Assembly (NCBI GenBank): GCA_021813585.1
Contig: JAKAJV010000068.1
Location: forward strand, 3,499-67,498
Length of the DNA stretch: 64,000 bases
Direction of reading: 5' to 3'
Source: Bacteroidota bacterium
GTDB taxonomy: Bacteria; Bacteroidota; Ignavibacteria; Ignavibacteriales; Ignavibacteriaceae
Below are positions 35,408-45,419 of this stretch, piece after piece. A program made the position numbers and the translations under genes. Under the pieces are notes generated by a model that did not search any database, was not told where the DNA came from, and saw nothing but the letters and a program-made list of their open reading frames with translations. The stretch's first letter is position 1. Every line of letters starts with the position of its first letter.

Positions 35408-38237
35408 AAAATATTTTGTATTACTGTTAATAAGCTTTATGTGCAGTGCTTTGCTTTCAGAGACGAATGCGCAGTTTGATAGGAACTGGAAAGTGTTTCT
35501 GATTCCTTTTTCTCATACTGATGTTGGTTATACAACTTCGGTTGATAATGCTTTAAAAATACATGAGGCTAACCTGGATACCGTTTTGAATTATATCTGG
35601 AGAACTAAAGGCGACAGCACTGGCGAACAGTTCAAATGGACGGTAGAGATTACGTGGCCTCTTGAATATTATTTAAATGACCGTAATACAAATATTATAG
35701 ATTCATTGATGAATAATGTACGTGAAGGAAATATTGAAATAGGAGCTATGAATTTTAGCCTGCAGTCTGACCTTTGCGGAAGCGAAGAACTGGTAAGAGC
35801 GCTTTATTTTGCGCAGGAGTTAAGGGATAAATTCGGGATAAAAATTAATACCGCAATGATAGATGATACTCCGGGTTTCACCTGGTCGCTGGCGCAAATA
35901 TTAAATAAGAGTTCCATCCCGTACTTCTCAGTTGCAATGAATTCCGGGTTGAGCAATTTTTATTCGACGACCAACCTTCCTTATTTATTTTATTGGCAGG
36001 CGGAAAACGGCGATAAGACACTCATCTGGCGCTGCATGGATACGCAATGGGCTTATCTTGAAGGATACATTTCTGATCAAGTTTACAGCAGCTATTCATC
36101 CATGCAGGGTAAAATTACAGCGCTGCTTTTAAGTCTGCAGAAAAGCGGCTACCCTTACGACGCTGTTTATATAAATTGTGCAACTGGCGATAACGGCAGC
36201 CCGATCTTTTCAATTGTGGACAATGTAAAAGCCTGGAACCGGAACCACAGCGACGCAAAATTAATTATTGCTACGCCTTCAGAGTTTTTCAATTACGTCT
36301 CTAAAAAATATTCTGTGCAGATTCCGGTATATAAAGGCGACGGACCAAACTGGTGGACGTGGTTCTTTGCACCTTCGTCGCCGGTCGGCTTTTCAATAGC
36401 GCGTGGAGCTCAAAACTTATTGCCCGATGCAGAGAAGTATTCTGCATTAGCCGATATAACAAGCATCGGATATTTTTATCCGGCAGGGGAATTAAGAAAT
36501 GCTTACGTTAATAATCTCTTATTTGAAGACCATAACCTTGGCGCTTTGAACGCTTCGGGCAATGCGGATTTCTGGACAGATAAAATCGGCTGGGTAACAT
36601 CTGCTTACGATACTTCCGGACAGGTAATTGATAAATCGATTAATGCAATTGGCAAGGCAATAAAAACCGGGCAATATTATTCCATAGCAGTATTTAATTC
36701 CTTGGCCTGGCCTAGATCGGAATTTGTGGAAGTCCCGCTAGCTTCAATCAATCAATACGCAGCAGGCGGATTTAAGATAGTTGATGCTTCAACTAATCTA
36801 AATGCCTACAGCCAGCTGCTGGCGGATTCAACTTTAGTATTTCAAGCGGACAGTATCCCGTCATTCGGTTATAAAGTTTTTAATATTGTGCCGGATATAA
36901 AAAATAATTTATTTGGTAAGGAGATGAGCGGAAGCTTTATAGAGAACGGCTTTTATAGGGTATCTGTTGATCTAAATAAGGGAGGGATTTTGAGCATATT
37001 TGATAAGGAACTGGGCAAAGAAATAACAAAGAGCGACGGTGCGTTTAACCAGTATGCTTTAAACAGCTTCTCTTTCCCCAGTAATTTGCAGGTTGTAGAA
37101 AGTGACAGTGGAGCTGTAATGGAAAGAATTGTGTTGAGGGGAAATGCCGCAGGTACAAACTGGTACCGGACGGAAATTATTTTACCCATACACTACAAAC
37201 AGATTCTCTTCAGAAACAGTTTTGATAAGCCGGCGGTTACATCGCTACAATCCGTCAGCTACCAGTTTAACTTCGGAATGAGTTCGCCCGGGTTATATTA
37301 CGAAATTCCTTTCGGAAATGTTAAGATTTATGATGATGAGCTGAGCGGATTTAAAACCGATAACTACGCAGCGCAAAAATTTATCGACGTTTCTTCAGGC
37401 GATAAATCGTATAACGCAAATTTAAGTATTGGTAACGCGTCCGTTATTGCAAATGCTTCCGGCAGCTTTAACGGCATGCTGAGGATGCTGATTACATACA
37501 ACGATAATAACACCGCATACCGTGCGGGCAGCGGCCTTATGGAAATGGATTATGCATTGAATACGTATACCGGGGGATTTAATGCGGATAGCTCGACGGT
37601 TTCATCGTACGGTTTCAATAATCCGTTAAGGTATGAAATTTTACAGCCGGAACAGGAAGGCTCTCTGCAGGGAAATTTATTTTCTATGTTGAGCATAGAA
37701 AATTCCGACCTGCTGGTTTCAACATTTAAAAAAGCGGAAGACGGTAACGGTTATATTATCAGGCTGTACAATCCGCAGGATAAAAGCATCAACGAAAATT
37801 TGCATTTCGGGAAAAGTATAGCCTCTGCATATGAATGTACTCCGCTTGAAGAGAATATAAATATGATTGCCACCGGGGATAGCACTCTACTCGTAAGCAT
37901 GAATCCTTACGATATTAAAACACTGAGGATATTGTTTAATAATATAAGCTACGTAAATAGTGCTGATGCGCCAGTCGGATTTGCTTTATACAAGAATTAT
38001 CCGAACCCGTTTAACCCTGCAACCGTAATCAGCTATCAGCTGCCGGGCTACAGCCGTGTATCCTTGAAAGTATACGATATTCTCGGCAGGGAAATAAAAA
38101 CTCTGGTAAATGATTTTCAAAATAAAGGAATACATAAAATTAATTTTGACGGTTCCAGGCTTGCCAGCGGAGTATATATTTATAAGCTAACGGCGGGGAA
38201 CTATACTGCTGCCGGTAAAATGATTTTGATGAAATAG
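35391..38237 (+). CDS. GH38-like alpha-mannosidase with a T9SS C-terminal sorting domain
   Basis: FLIPFSHTDVGYT is a GH38 N-domain metal-site-like motif. The C-terminus is YKNYPNPFNPATVISY...GVYIYKLTAGNY...MILMK. The TTG at 35391 yields a proper signal peptide. The ORF table starts at 35346. Confidence 0.65.
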   Translation: MDCRFKKYFVLLLISFMCSALLSETNAQFDRNWKVFLIPFSHTDVGYTTSVDNALKIHEANLDTVLNYIWRTKGDSTGEQFKWTVEITWPLEYYLNDRNTNIIDSLMNNVREGNIEIGAMNFSLQSDLCGSEELVRALYFAQELRDKFGIKINTAMIDDTPGFTWSLAQILNKSSIPYFSVAMNSGLSNFYSTTNLPYLFYWQAENGDKTLIWRCMDTQWAYLEGYISDQVYSSYSSMQGKITALLLSLQKSGYPYDAVYINCATGDNGSPIFSIVDNVKAWNRNHSDAKLIIATPSEFFNYVSKKYSVQIPVYKGDGPNWWTWFFAPSSPVGFSIARGAQNLLPDAEKYSALADITSIGYFYPAGELRNAYVNNLLFEDHNLGALNASGNADFWTDKIGWVTSAYDTSGQVIDKSINAIGKAIKTGQYYSIAVFNSLAWPRSEFVEVPLASINQYAAGGFKIVDASTNLNAYSQLLADSTLVFQADSIPSFGYKVFNIVPDIKNNLFGKEMSGSFIENGFYRVSVDLNKGGILSIFDKELGKEITKSDGAFNQYALNSFSFPSNLQVVESDSGAVMERIVLRGNAAGTNWYRTEIILPIHYKQILFRNSFDKPAVTSLQSVSYQFNFGMSSPGLYYEIPFGNVKIYDDELSGFKTDNYAAQKFIDVSSGDKSYNANLSIGNASVIANASGSFNGMLRMLITYNDNNTAYRAGSGLMEMDYALNTYTGGFNADSSTVSSYGFNNPLRYEILQPEQEGSLQGNLFSMLSIENSDLLVSTFKKAEDGNGYIIRLYNPQDKSINENLHFGKSIASAYECTPLEENINMIATGDSTLLVSMNPYDIKTLRILFNNISYVNSADAPVGFALYKNYPNPFNPATVISYQLPGYSRVSLKVYDILGREIKTLVNDFQNKGIHKINFDGSRLASGVYIYKLTAGNYTAAGKMILMK

Positions 38238-38239
38238 CC

Positions 38240-38315
38240 TCACCCTGCCCTCTCCCAAAGGGAGAGGGTTCTAACCTCCTCTCTGTCACTGGGAGAGAGG
38301 TTGGGAGTGGGGGCT
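38240..38315. repeat. REP-like double hairpin (CCCTCTCCC-AAA-GGGAGAGGG plus CCTCTCT...AGAGAGG), likely a terminator
   Basis: Perfect 9-bp stem at 38248-38268 and a second 7-bp stem at 38278-38300, immediately after the GH38 stop codon. Confidence 0.6.
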
Positions 38316-38433
38316 TTAGATCACATATGCTCATGCGACAAATATTGTAATAGTAAGTAGTTTTTATAGCGAAACAGTTTCCCGAATTGTAATTGAATTG
38401 AAATTAAAACCAAGAAAGTATTGAAAAGTCTTT

Positions 38434-41400
38434 ATGGAAAATAAGCAAAGGATAAATTCCCGAATGTTCGCCGGATTTTTATTTTTTATCTTAACAGTCC
38501 TTCAGGTGCATGGGCAGACTAAATTGCTTGAAAAGGAATTCCTTTTGTCTTCAAACGGAGTAATCCCAACCTGGCTTGTTGCAGGTCCTTTTGAGCAGCC
38601 AACCTTCGGGTTCGGCAATCCGAGCGATGCGGATAAGATAGGCGAGAAGACTATTGCACCGTACGAAGGCAAGGTTGAGAACGGCGCAATGACGGCAGAC
38701 GACAAAGTTAGTTGGTCCCCATTATCCGTTGATAAGAAGAATTTCATCGATTTTAATAATTCAATCGGCTGGTATTTGCCGGGCAGGAGAGTTGAGAAAA
38801 TTTGGGAAGCTAAGGCAGGCTATGCATGCACATATATTATTTCCGGCAGGGAACAGAATGCTGTTTTGCTTTTCGGCAGCAATTCTTCGGCAAAGATATT
38901 TTTAAATCATAAACAGGTTTATTCCTATGAGCAGAATAGGAATGCGGTACCCGATAACGATACCGTGCATATTTCGCTTAACAAGGGGAAAAATATTCTT
39001 CTTGTTAAAGTAGGTAACTCAAACAGCAATTTAACATTTGGATTCTTCGGCGAGCTGTTGTGGCAGTGGGGATTTTATGCAAGGATTTTAAATTCAGACT
39101 ATAAGCGGTTAAATGACTGCAGTATTGAAGTACCTGTTAAAGATACTCCAGGATCGTTCGACATTACCTCGACGTTTTTCTTTAAAAAGGAAAGCGGAAG
39201 TCTGAAACAAAGATTTGATTTAATAATTAATTCAAGATCCTCTTCGGCCGTAAACGGCAATTTGAAGATTACAGCAGGCAGCAAAGATTATGAATTCAAT
39301 ATAAGTAATGTTGTCTTCGGCAGAAGCAGGCACGAAATTTTTCTGCCGGAATTATCATCGGATATGACAGCAGAATGTACATTAAGCCTAAACGGGAAGG
39401 AATTAAAAAAAGAAATTAAGTTGCTGCATCAAAAGCACTATGCGGTACATCTTGTAATGCTATCCCATACGGATATCGGATATACAAATCCACAGCCTAT
39501 TGTAAAGGAGCTGCACTGCGAAACAATCGACAGCGTTTTGTCGCTTTGTAAAATTTATCCCGACTTCAAATGGACTATTGAAACAGTCTGGCAAATGGAC
39601 CAGTATGAACATTCGCGTCCGAAAAAAATGTTCATGGCTTTAATCAATTATATAAAGGAAGGCCGCATATCGGTTTCACCGATATATTCCAATCCGTTTA
39701 CAGGCAGGATAAGCGAAGAGGAAATGATTCAATCGCTTGCACTGGCGGAGAGATATAAAAAAGAATTCGGCATAAAATTCAATGCCGCGGTATACGATGA
39801 CGTCCCCGGACAATCATGGTTTGTGCCGGAAGTTCTACACAATATAGGCGTAAAATTTCTAGCCGACGGAGTTAATGAAGTTTATAACGATTATAAGCTG
39901 CAGAAAAATTTACCTAAGGCTTTTAACTGGGAAGGACCGGACGGCAGTAAAATAACTGCATACCTGGACGAAGCCTATAATGAAGGGAGATCATATGGTT
40001 TGGAAAAAGGTAATAAAGCGATTGAAGACCGCCTATGGAACCGAATAAATAAATTGCGGGACTGGGGATATCCTTACGATATGATTCTCTTGATTTCCGC
40101 ATACATGGATAACGTGGGTGTTCCGACCGATCAATATCTTGCAGCTAAGAAATGGGACAAGGAGTATGAGTATCCCAAAATAGTTATTAGCAACCTGGAT
40201 GACTTTGCCGGACAATTTGTATCGAAGTATGAAAAGTCTCTTCCGGTTTTGAAAGGGGATATGACTTCACCATGGGATATTGTTTCGCAAGGTGAGTTTG
40301 AAAGAAATAAAAAAAACAGGTGGATTCAGCATCAGATGCCTTCATCTCAAAAGTTACTGACAATTGACTGGCTGATAAATAGAAGAGAAATGCCGTTTGC
40401 AAATGAAGCCGGGCAGGCTTATAAATCGCTGCTTGAATTTGACGGGCACGGCAGCGGACTTGAATACGGGTACGGCTCTCCGCAGGAAAACAAAATTACA
40501 ATGGAGTTCAGAGGTCATGATGTTGACGATGCATTTTTCAAAACTGAAGAACTGCTAGAAAAATCTATTTATAGAATTACCAAACCGGAAGAAAGCTTTG
40601 AAGGAGAAGGTATTTTTGTTTTTAATCCGCTTTCATGGAAAAGGGATGCGCCCGTAAAAATTGAATTCCCCGAAAACCAAACGCAGCATTATAAGATTAT
40701 TGACCTGGCAACAGGAAAGGAAGTGCCGTCTTACAGAGAAGGCTATAAATTGTTTTTCATCGCAAGGGATGTTCCGTCGTTAGGCTTTAAGAAATTTAGA
40801 TTGATACCTATTATTAAGGCAGAGGCTAACCGTACCGATAACCTTAAATATGCCGACGATTTTATTGAAAATAATTTTTATAAGATTTCTTTCGATGCGA
40901 AGACCGGAAGCATAAACAGCATAATAGATAAAAAGAAAGGACGTGAAATAATCACTGTAAACGACGAGCTGCCGTTTAATAAACCGCTGGTAGAGATTTT
41001 CCAGGACAAACAGAATTTTAAACCCATAACGTTAAACGCATCTGCCTCAGTGATTGATGAGAGTCCGTTAAGAATCATTTTGAGGATAAACTGGCACGAC
41101 AGTCTTTTTCAATCTACCGACGTTACACTTTGGAACAATTTAGATCGAATAGACCTATCATACAAATTGAACTTGGAAGCGTTGAAGTATCCTTCAAAGT
41201 TTGAAGAGTACGGCGTTGCATTCCCGTTTTCGGTTAACGATCATAATAATGTAATAGAGATACTGGGCGGATTTGCCGATCCGTTAAAGGATATGCTTCC
41301 CGGGGTTGATAGAAACGCTTTCTCGATAAGAAGAAGCGTAGTGCAGTATAATCAGTCGCATACGGTATACTGGGCGGCAGTTGATAATAGAGTAATTAGA

Positions 41401-41901
41401 TTTAGGAAGATTACGGCCGACACCTCGGGAGTTTTGATCTCAAATGTTGTGAATAACTTTCCGAAAGATTGGAACAGGAATGAAGTAAATAAAGGCACTC
41501 TGCTTCTGCGTTTTAGTTTTACAGATCAAGCAGGGACTTTCAATCCCGAGTTTACTTCAAAGTTCGGATGGGATGTTAATACTTCTTTATTAGTCAGACG
41601 GAGTTGGTACCGTTCCAATCCGTCAAGCGGCAGCTACATTGCAATAGATAACGGCAACATTCAACTGCTGGATATGATCCCGCATCCATCCGCCGGCTCT
41701 GTTCTGCTAAGGCTAAAGAATGTGAATAATTTAAAAAAAGAAAAAGCGGATGTGTCGTCTTCATTATTTAAGGGAGGGGAGGCTTTTGTAAGCGATTATT
41801 TCGGCCATGAGCATAATGCGGTAAACGGCTCTGCCGATAATTTCAAAATCGAATTAAATCCTAATGAAGTTTTAACGGTAACAGTTAAATTAAAAAAATA
41901 A
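38434..41901 (+). CDS. GH38-like alpha-mannosidase with an N-terminal extension of about 340 aa; no T9SS domain
   Basis: 1155 aa with a signal peptide. HLVMLSHTDIGYT is paralogous to the motif in 35391-38237. Confidence 0.65.
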   Translation: MENKQRINSRMFAGFLFFILTVLQVHGQTKLLEKEFLLSSNGVIPTWLVAGPFEQPTFGFGNPSDADKIGEKTIAPYEGKVENGAMTADDKVSWSPLSVDKKNFIDFNNSIGWYLPGRRVEKIWEAKAGYACTYIISGREQNAVLLFGSNSSAKIFLNHKQVYSYEQNRNAVPDNDTVHISLNKGKNILLVKVGNSNSNLTFGFFGELLWQWGFYARILNSDYKRLNDCSIEVPVKDTPGSFDITSTFFFKKESGSLKQRFDLIINSRSSSAVNGNLKITAGSKDYEFNISNVVFGRSRHEIFLPELSSDMTAECTLSLNGKELKKEIKLLHQKHYAVHLVMLSHTDIGYTNPQPIVKELHCETIDSVLSLCKIYPDFKWTIETVWQMDQYEHSRPKKMFMALINYIKEGRISVSPIYSNPFTGRISEEEMIQSLALAERYKKEFGIKFNAAVYDDVPGQSWFVPEVLHNIGVKFLADGVNEVYNDYKLQKNLPKAFNWEGPDGSKITAYLDEAYNEGRSYGLEKGNKAIEDRLWNRINKLRDWGYPYDMILLISAYMDNVGVPTDQYLAAKKWDKEYEYPKIVISNLDDFAGQFVSKYEKSLPVLKGDMTSPWDIVSQGEFERNKKNRWIQHQMPSSQKLLTIDWLINRREMPFANEAGQAYKSLLEFDGHGSGLEYGYGSPQENKITMEFRGHDVDDAFFKTEELLEKSIYRITKPEESFEGEGIFVFNPLSWKRDAPVKIEFPENQTQHYKIIDLATGKEVPSYREGYKLFFIARDVPSLGFKKFRLIPIIKAEANRTDNLKYADDFIENNFYKISFDAKTGSINSIIDKKKGREIITVNDELPFNKPLVEIFQDKQNFKPITLNASASVIDESPLRIILRINWHDSLFQSTDVTLWNNLDRIDLSYKLNLEALKYPSKFEEYGVAFPFSVNDHNNVIEILGGFADPLKDMLPGVDRNAFSIRRSVVQYNQSHTVYWAAVDNRVIRFRKITADTSGVLISNVVNNFPKDWNRNEVNKGTLLLRFSFTDQAGTFNPEFTSKFGWDVNTSLLVRRSWYRSNPSSGSYIAIDNGNIQLLDMIPHPSAGSVLLRLKNVNNLKKEKADVSSSLFKGGEAFVSDYFGHEHNAVNGSADNFKIELNPNEVLTVTVKLKK

Positions 41902-41991
41902 TTAGAAGGAAGGAGGTAAGAAATTTTTTGATGGTAATTAATAAATGGTGCTATAATTAATTAACTATAAACAAAAGAAGGAAGGTTAGAT

Positions 41992-43125
41992 ATGAACCAC
42001 AAACTTAACAGAAAAGCAAAATTCATGTTGGCGTTTCTGGTTTCAATTGCACTCGCTGGATGCTTTAAGATATTGACTGTTTCTCAGGTATCCTCTGCAA
42101 CGGCGGGCTCTAAAATAACCTCAACCGTAACAGTAACGGTTGAAGGTACAAGCGATGCTACGCCTCATTACGGCATCGTAGGCCTATTAGTGCCTAACGA
42201 TTGGACAATTGATTCGGTATACTTCAGCGGGCCTTATTCCGACTATTGCACTTATCTGCCGCCGACTGTTCCCGACAGTGAAAGAGCCGGCCAGGTAAAT
42301 TATTGGACAGACTCGCTGGAATCCAGGTATCCCAGCGGTACGAATATGAAATGGATGGTTTATCAATCATATACTTCTCACCTGGCTAGGACGGACACTG
42401 TTAACGTTACACTCACAGTTAAAATGACCGTAGGACAGACGCAGGGCAATTACAATCTCGGATATTTTGTTACCGATGCTGCATTGGATTTCACCGATCC
42501 CTCATATTATTCGGTCAGCTTAAATAATCCAATTAGCGTAACGGCTGTTGTTCCCGTGGAACTGACATCTTTTACGGCGCAATCATCAAATAATTCAGTG
42601 GAGTTAAAATGGTCGACTGCTACGGAAACAAACAATAAAGGCTTTGAAGTTGAAAGAAGCACAGACAAAGTTAATTTCAGCAGGATAGGATTCATTCCCG
42701 GTAATGGTTCAACTACTGAGATTCATCAGTATGCATTTACCGATAACACGGTATCTTCAGGTACCTATTACTACCGTCTTAAACAGCTGGACTACGACGG
42801 GAGCTACAAATATTCGAGCGTTACGGAGGTTAAATTCTCGCTGCCGGTTCAATACAGTATTTCCCAAAACTATCCGAACCCGTTTAATCCTTCAACGAGT
42901 ATAAACTTTGCTTTACCTGCAGAATCGAACGTTGTTATCGATCTGTACAATGTTCTAGGTGCTAGGGTAATGACTATTGCAAGCGGTGATTATCCGGCAG
43001 GAGCGCATCAGGTTTCTTTGAACGCTGCGAACCTTGCATCCGGTACTTACATTTATTCAATTAGTGTATCCGGAAAAGACGGAAGTAAATTTGTTTCTAG
43101 TAAAAAGATGATTTTGATGAAATAA
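41992..43125 (+). CDS. Lipobox-containing protein with a T9SS C-terminal sorting domain (putative surface glycan-binding protein)
   Basis: 377 aa with the lipobox LAGC. The C-terminus is QNYPNPFNPSTSINF...GTYIYSISV...MILMK. Confidence 0.7.
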   Translation: MNHKLNRKAKFMLAFLVSIALAGCFKILTVSQVSSATAGSKITSTVTVTVEGTSDATPHYGIVGLLVPNDWTIDSVYFSGPYSDYCTYLPPTVPDSERAGQVNYWTDSLESRYPSGTNMKWMVYQSYTSHLARTDTVNVTLTVKMTVGQTQGNYNLGYFVTDAALDFTDPSYYSVSLNNPISVTAVVPVELTSFTAQSSNNSVELKWSTATETNNKGFEVERSTDKVNFSRIGFIPGNGSTTEIHQYAFTDNTVSSGTYYYRLKQLDYDGSYKYSSVTEVKFSLPVQYSISQNYPNPFNPSTSINFALPAESNVVIDLYNVLGARVMTIASGDYPAGAHQVSLNAANLASGTYIYSISVSGKDGSKFVSSKKMILMK

Positions 43126-43133
43126 AATTTAGC

Positions 43134-43160
43134 AGCTGCCTGTTGAATAAGCAGGCAGCT
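43134..43160 (+). terminator. Stem-loop terminator candidate
   Basis: AGCTGCCTG (43134-43142) pairs perfectly with CAGGCAGCT (43152-43160), 8 nt after the stop codon. The T-tract is weak. Confidence 0.5.
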
Positions 43161-43170
43161 TATAATTATG

Positions 43171-43212
43171 TTCAAGTTCAAGATCAAGATTAAGTTCAAG
43201 AGTAAGAGTAAG
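43171..43212 (+). repeat. Seven tandem hexamers (NNNAAG)7
   Basis: TTCAAG TTCAAG ATCAAG ATTAAG TTCAAG AGTAAG AGTAAG. Confidence 0.8.
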
Positions 43213-43292
43213 TTTTTATGGGAATTTTAAAAATAGGACAGAACAAACCGGATAGAATTTTAGATATTAAATTCTTCAATAGGAGTAAAGTT

Positions 43293-44138
43293 ATGGATAA
43301 GAAATTTAAAATGATATTAGCGGCTATTGTATATTTGATACTGCCGGTTTTTATAAGCGGGTGTCTTATTGAAAGCGTCGATCAACCTGCAACCGTAAAC
43401 CAGGGCGATACATTTCAATCTACAATTACCATATCGGATAAGACAGCCGATTCAAATCCGCACCAGGGAGCTGTTGATGTACTGGTACCGGATGACTGGA
43501 CATTCCAGTCCGGAACCTACACTTTTACCGGCGGCAGCGGCAGCATGATGATAGATACTTCAACAATTCCGGTATACGGCAACGTCGATTCGGCTATCCC
43601 TCCGCCGGCAAACATGAAGTGGTTAAAACTGCTTTCGGATAAAGCATATCCTAATCCTGCTAATGTGGTTTACGAAGTCGTGTTAAAATTAAATGTAGGT
43701 CAGAAGACGGGGACTTTCCCGATCGGTTACCTAACCACTAAAAATTCGCAGGACCTGCTGGTTTTTAATCCGCATGATTATGATAACGATTCAGCCTGGA
43801 CGGATACATCAATGAACCATATGGTAACGGTTAACAAGGTTCTAGGTATTGAAGAATGGAATAACGGGATACCCGATAAATTTATCCTTTCGCAAAATTA
43901 TCCAAATCCGTTCAACCCTGAAACAGAAATTAATTACGGTTTGAAGCAAAGCTCTCCCGTCAGTCTTAATGTTTATTCTGTTTCGGGTACACTGGTTAAA
44001 AGATTGGTAGATGAGGTAAAGAATGCCGGATACTATTCCGTAAAATTTTCCGGATTGGATTTACCAAGCGGAGTTTATTTTTATAAATTAACCACAAATC
44101 AATTCTCTGCTGTTCGTAAGATGGTTTTGCTAAAATAA
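43293..44138 (+). CDS. Lipobox-containing protein with a T9SS C-terminal sorting domain, paralog of 41992-43125
   Basis: The ATG at 43293 has an AGGAG RBS. The lipobox is ISGC. The shared motifs are LVP.DWT and VGQ..G....GY. The C-terminus is QNYPNPFNPETEINY...GVYFYKLT...MVLLK. Confidence 0.7.
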   Translation: MDKKFKMILAAIVYLILPVFISGCLIESVDQPATVNQGDTFQSTITISDKTADSNPHQGAVDVLVPDDWTFQSGTYTFTGGSGSMMIDTSTIPVYGNVDSAIPPPANMKWLKLLSDKAYPNPANVVYEVVLKLNVGQKTGTFPIGYLTTKNSQDLLVFNPHDYDNDSAWTDTSMNHMVTVNKVLGIEEWNNGIPDKFILSQNYPNPFNPETEINYGLKQSSPVSLNVYSVSGTLVKRLVDEVKNAGYYSVKFSGLDLPSGVYFYKLTTNQFSAVRKMVLLK

Positions 44139-44194
44139 ACCTCATGCAGCTTGATATAAGTAAGTTTAAAATTTAGAACTAAGGAAATTATTTA

Positions 44195-45274
44195 TTGAAA
44201 GTTTCTAAAGTAAAAGACTTGGGTCCCCAGTTTGTGAATAATAAACACAAGATGGTGGGGCAGGACGGCGCGTATTCTATCCCCTTGGGAAGCAGCAAGG
44301 CGCTTTGGTTTTTCGGAGACACATTAATCGGTACCAGGACAATCGGCGAAAGCCTCTGGTACTGGTTCGGTGAGCCTGTTGGTCCCGGCGATATGTCAGG
44401 TAAAAAAGGCATCGATAAAATGATAAATAATACCGCTCTTATTTTAAAGGATGCTTCAGGCAAGAACGGCCTGAATAATTTCGATTATATCCTGGGCGCA
44501 GACGGAAAACTAAAACCGTTAGTACCGCTAGATAACGATGAATCGCCGGATGAAATAAGGAATTGGTGTCTCCACGGAATAAAGCTGAAGAATAAAATCT
44601 ATCTTTATTTTATAAAAGTAAAGATGATTGAGGGCGCCGTACTTCCGGTTAATTTCGAGGTCCTAGGCTCCGGTTTGGCAGTAGGTTCGGAAAGGGACTG
44701 GGAGTTTTCAAAAATATATTTTAATAATTCTCAGATGTTGTGGAAAGCCGATGAACCTAAGTTCGCATCCGCGGTTTATTTTGACGAAAAGGATGAATGG
44801 ATTTATTTATACGGTGTAGTGCCTTCTTCTGATAACATACAGCAGTGTTACGCTGCAAGAGTCCGCCCCGGTAATATTGAGGATGCATCATCTTATGAAT
44901 ACCTATCTTCATCAAAGCCTGAGTGGAGTGTGGATATTAAACAAGCAGTGCCGGTTTTCACTAATGTCCCGAATGAATTATCCGTATCATACAACAAATA
45001 TCTTGAAAAATATCTAGCTGTTCATTCGTTCGATTTGACGGGGAAGATTGTTGCAAGGACTTCGGAACATCCATGGGGGCCGTGGAGCGGGCCGCATGAA
45101 TTGTTCCATGTAAAGGCAAAGCGGGAAAAGGAACTTCCATATCCAGTTTTAATTTATGCGGGCAAAGAACACCCGGAATTAGCCGGAGAAAACGGCAAAA
45201 TCATTTTTGTAACATACATAGAGTTCGAGGAGTACTTCCCGCACCTGCTGGAAATTCATATAGATAAGGTTTGA
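44195..45274 (+). CDS. DUF4185-like protein (beta-propeller glycosidase-like), cytoplasmic
   Basis: 359 aa with no signal peptide. DGAYSIPLGSSKALWFFGDTLIG resembles the DUF4185 N-terminal signature. Confidence 0.55.
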   Translation: MKVSKVKDLGPQFVNNKHKMVGQDGAYSIPLGSSKALWFFGDTLIGTRTIGESLWYWFGEPVGPGDMSGKKGIDKMINNTALILKDASGKNGLNNFDYILGADGKLKPLVPLDNDESPDEIRNWCLHGIKLKNKIYLYFIKVKMIEGAVLPVNFEVLGSGLAVGSERDWEFSKIYFNNSQMLWKADEPKFASAVYFDEKDEWIYLYGVVPSSDNIQQCYAARVRPGNIEDASSYEYLSSSKPEWSVDIKQAVPVFTNVPNELSVSYNKYLEKYLAVHSFDLTGKIVARTSEHPWGPWSGPHELFHVKAKREKELPYPVLIYAGKEHPELAGENGKIIFVTYIEFEEYFPHLLEIHIDKV

Positions 45275-45315
45275 GAAGAAATTGTGAGTAAGTCATGCTG
45301 TCCAGAAATAACTTT

Positions 45316-45383
45316 TGGAATAACGGAATGTTGGAGTAATGGAATAGAAGAGCATATTATTCCACTACTCCATCATTCCAAAT
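45316..45383. repeat. GGAGTAATGGAATAATGG-family palindromic repeat, copy d
   Basis: TTGGAATAACGGAATGTTGGAGTAATGGAATA ... TATTCCACTACTCCATCATTCCAA. Confidence 0.8.
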
Positions 45384-45419
45384 GCGCTTTAATAAAAATT
45401 GTTAAACATAGGAGTGTTG

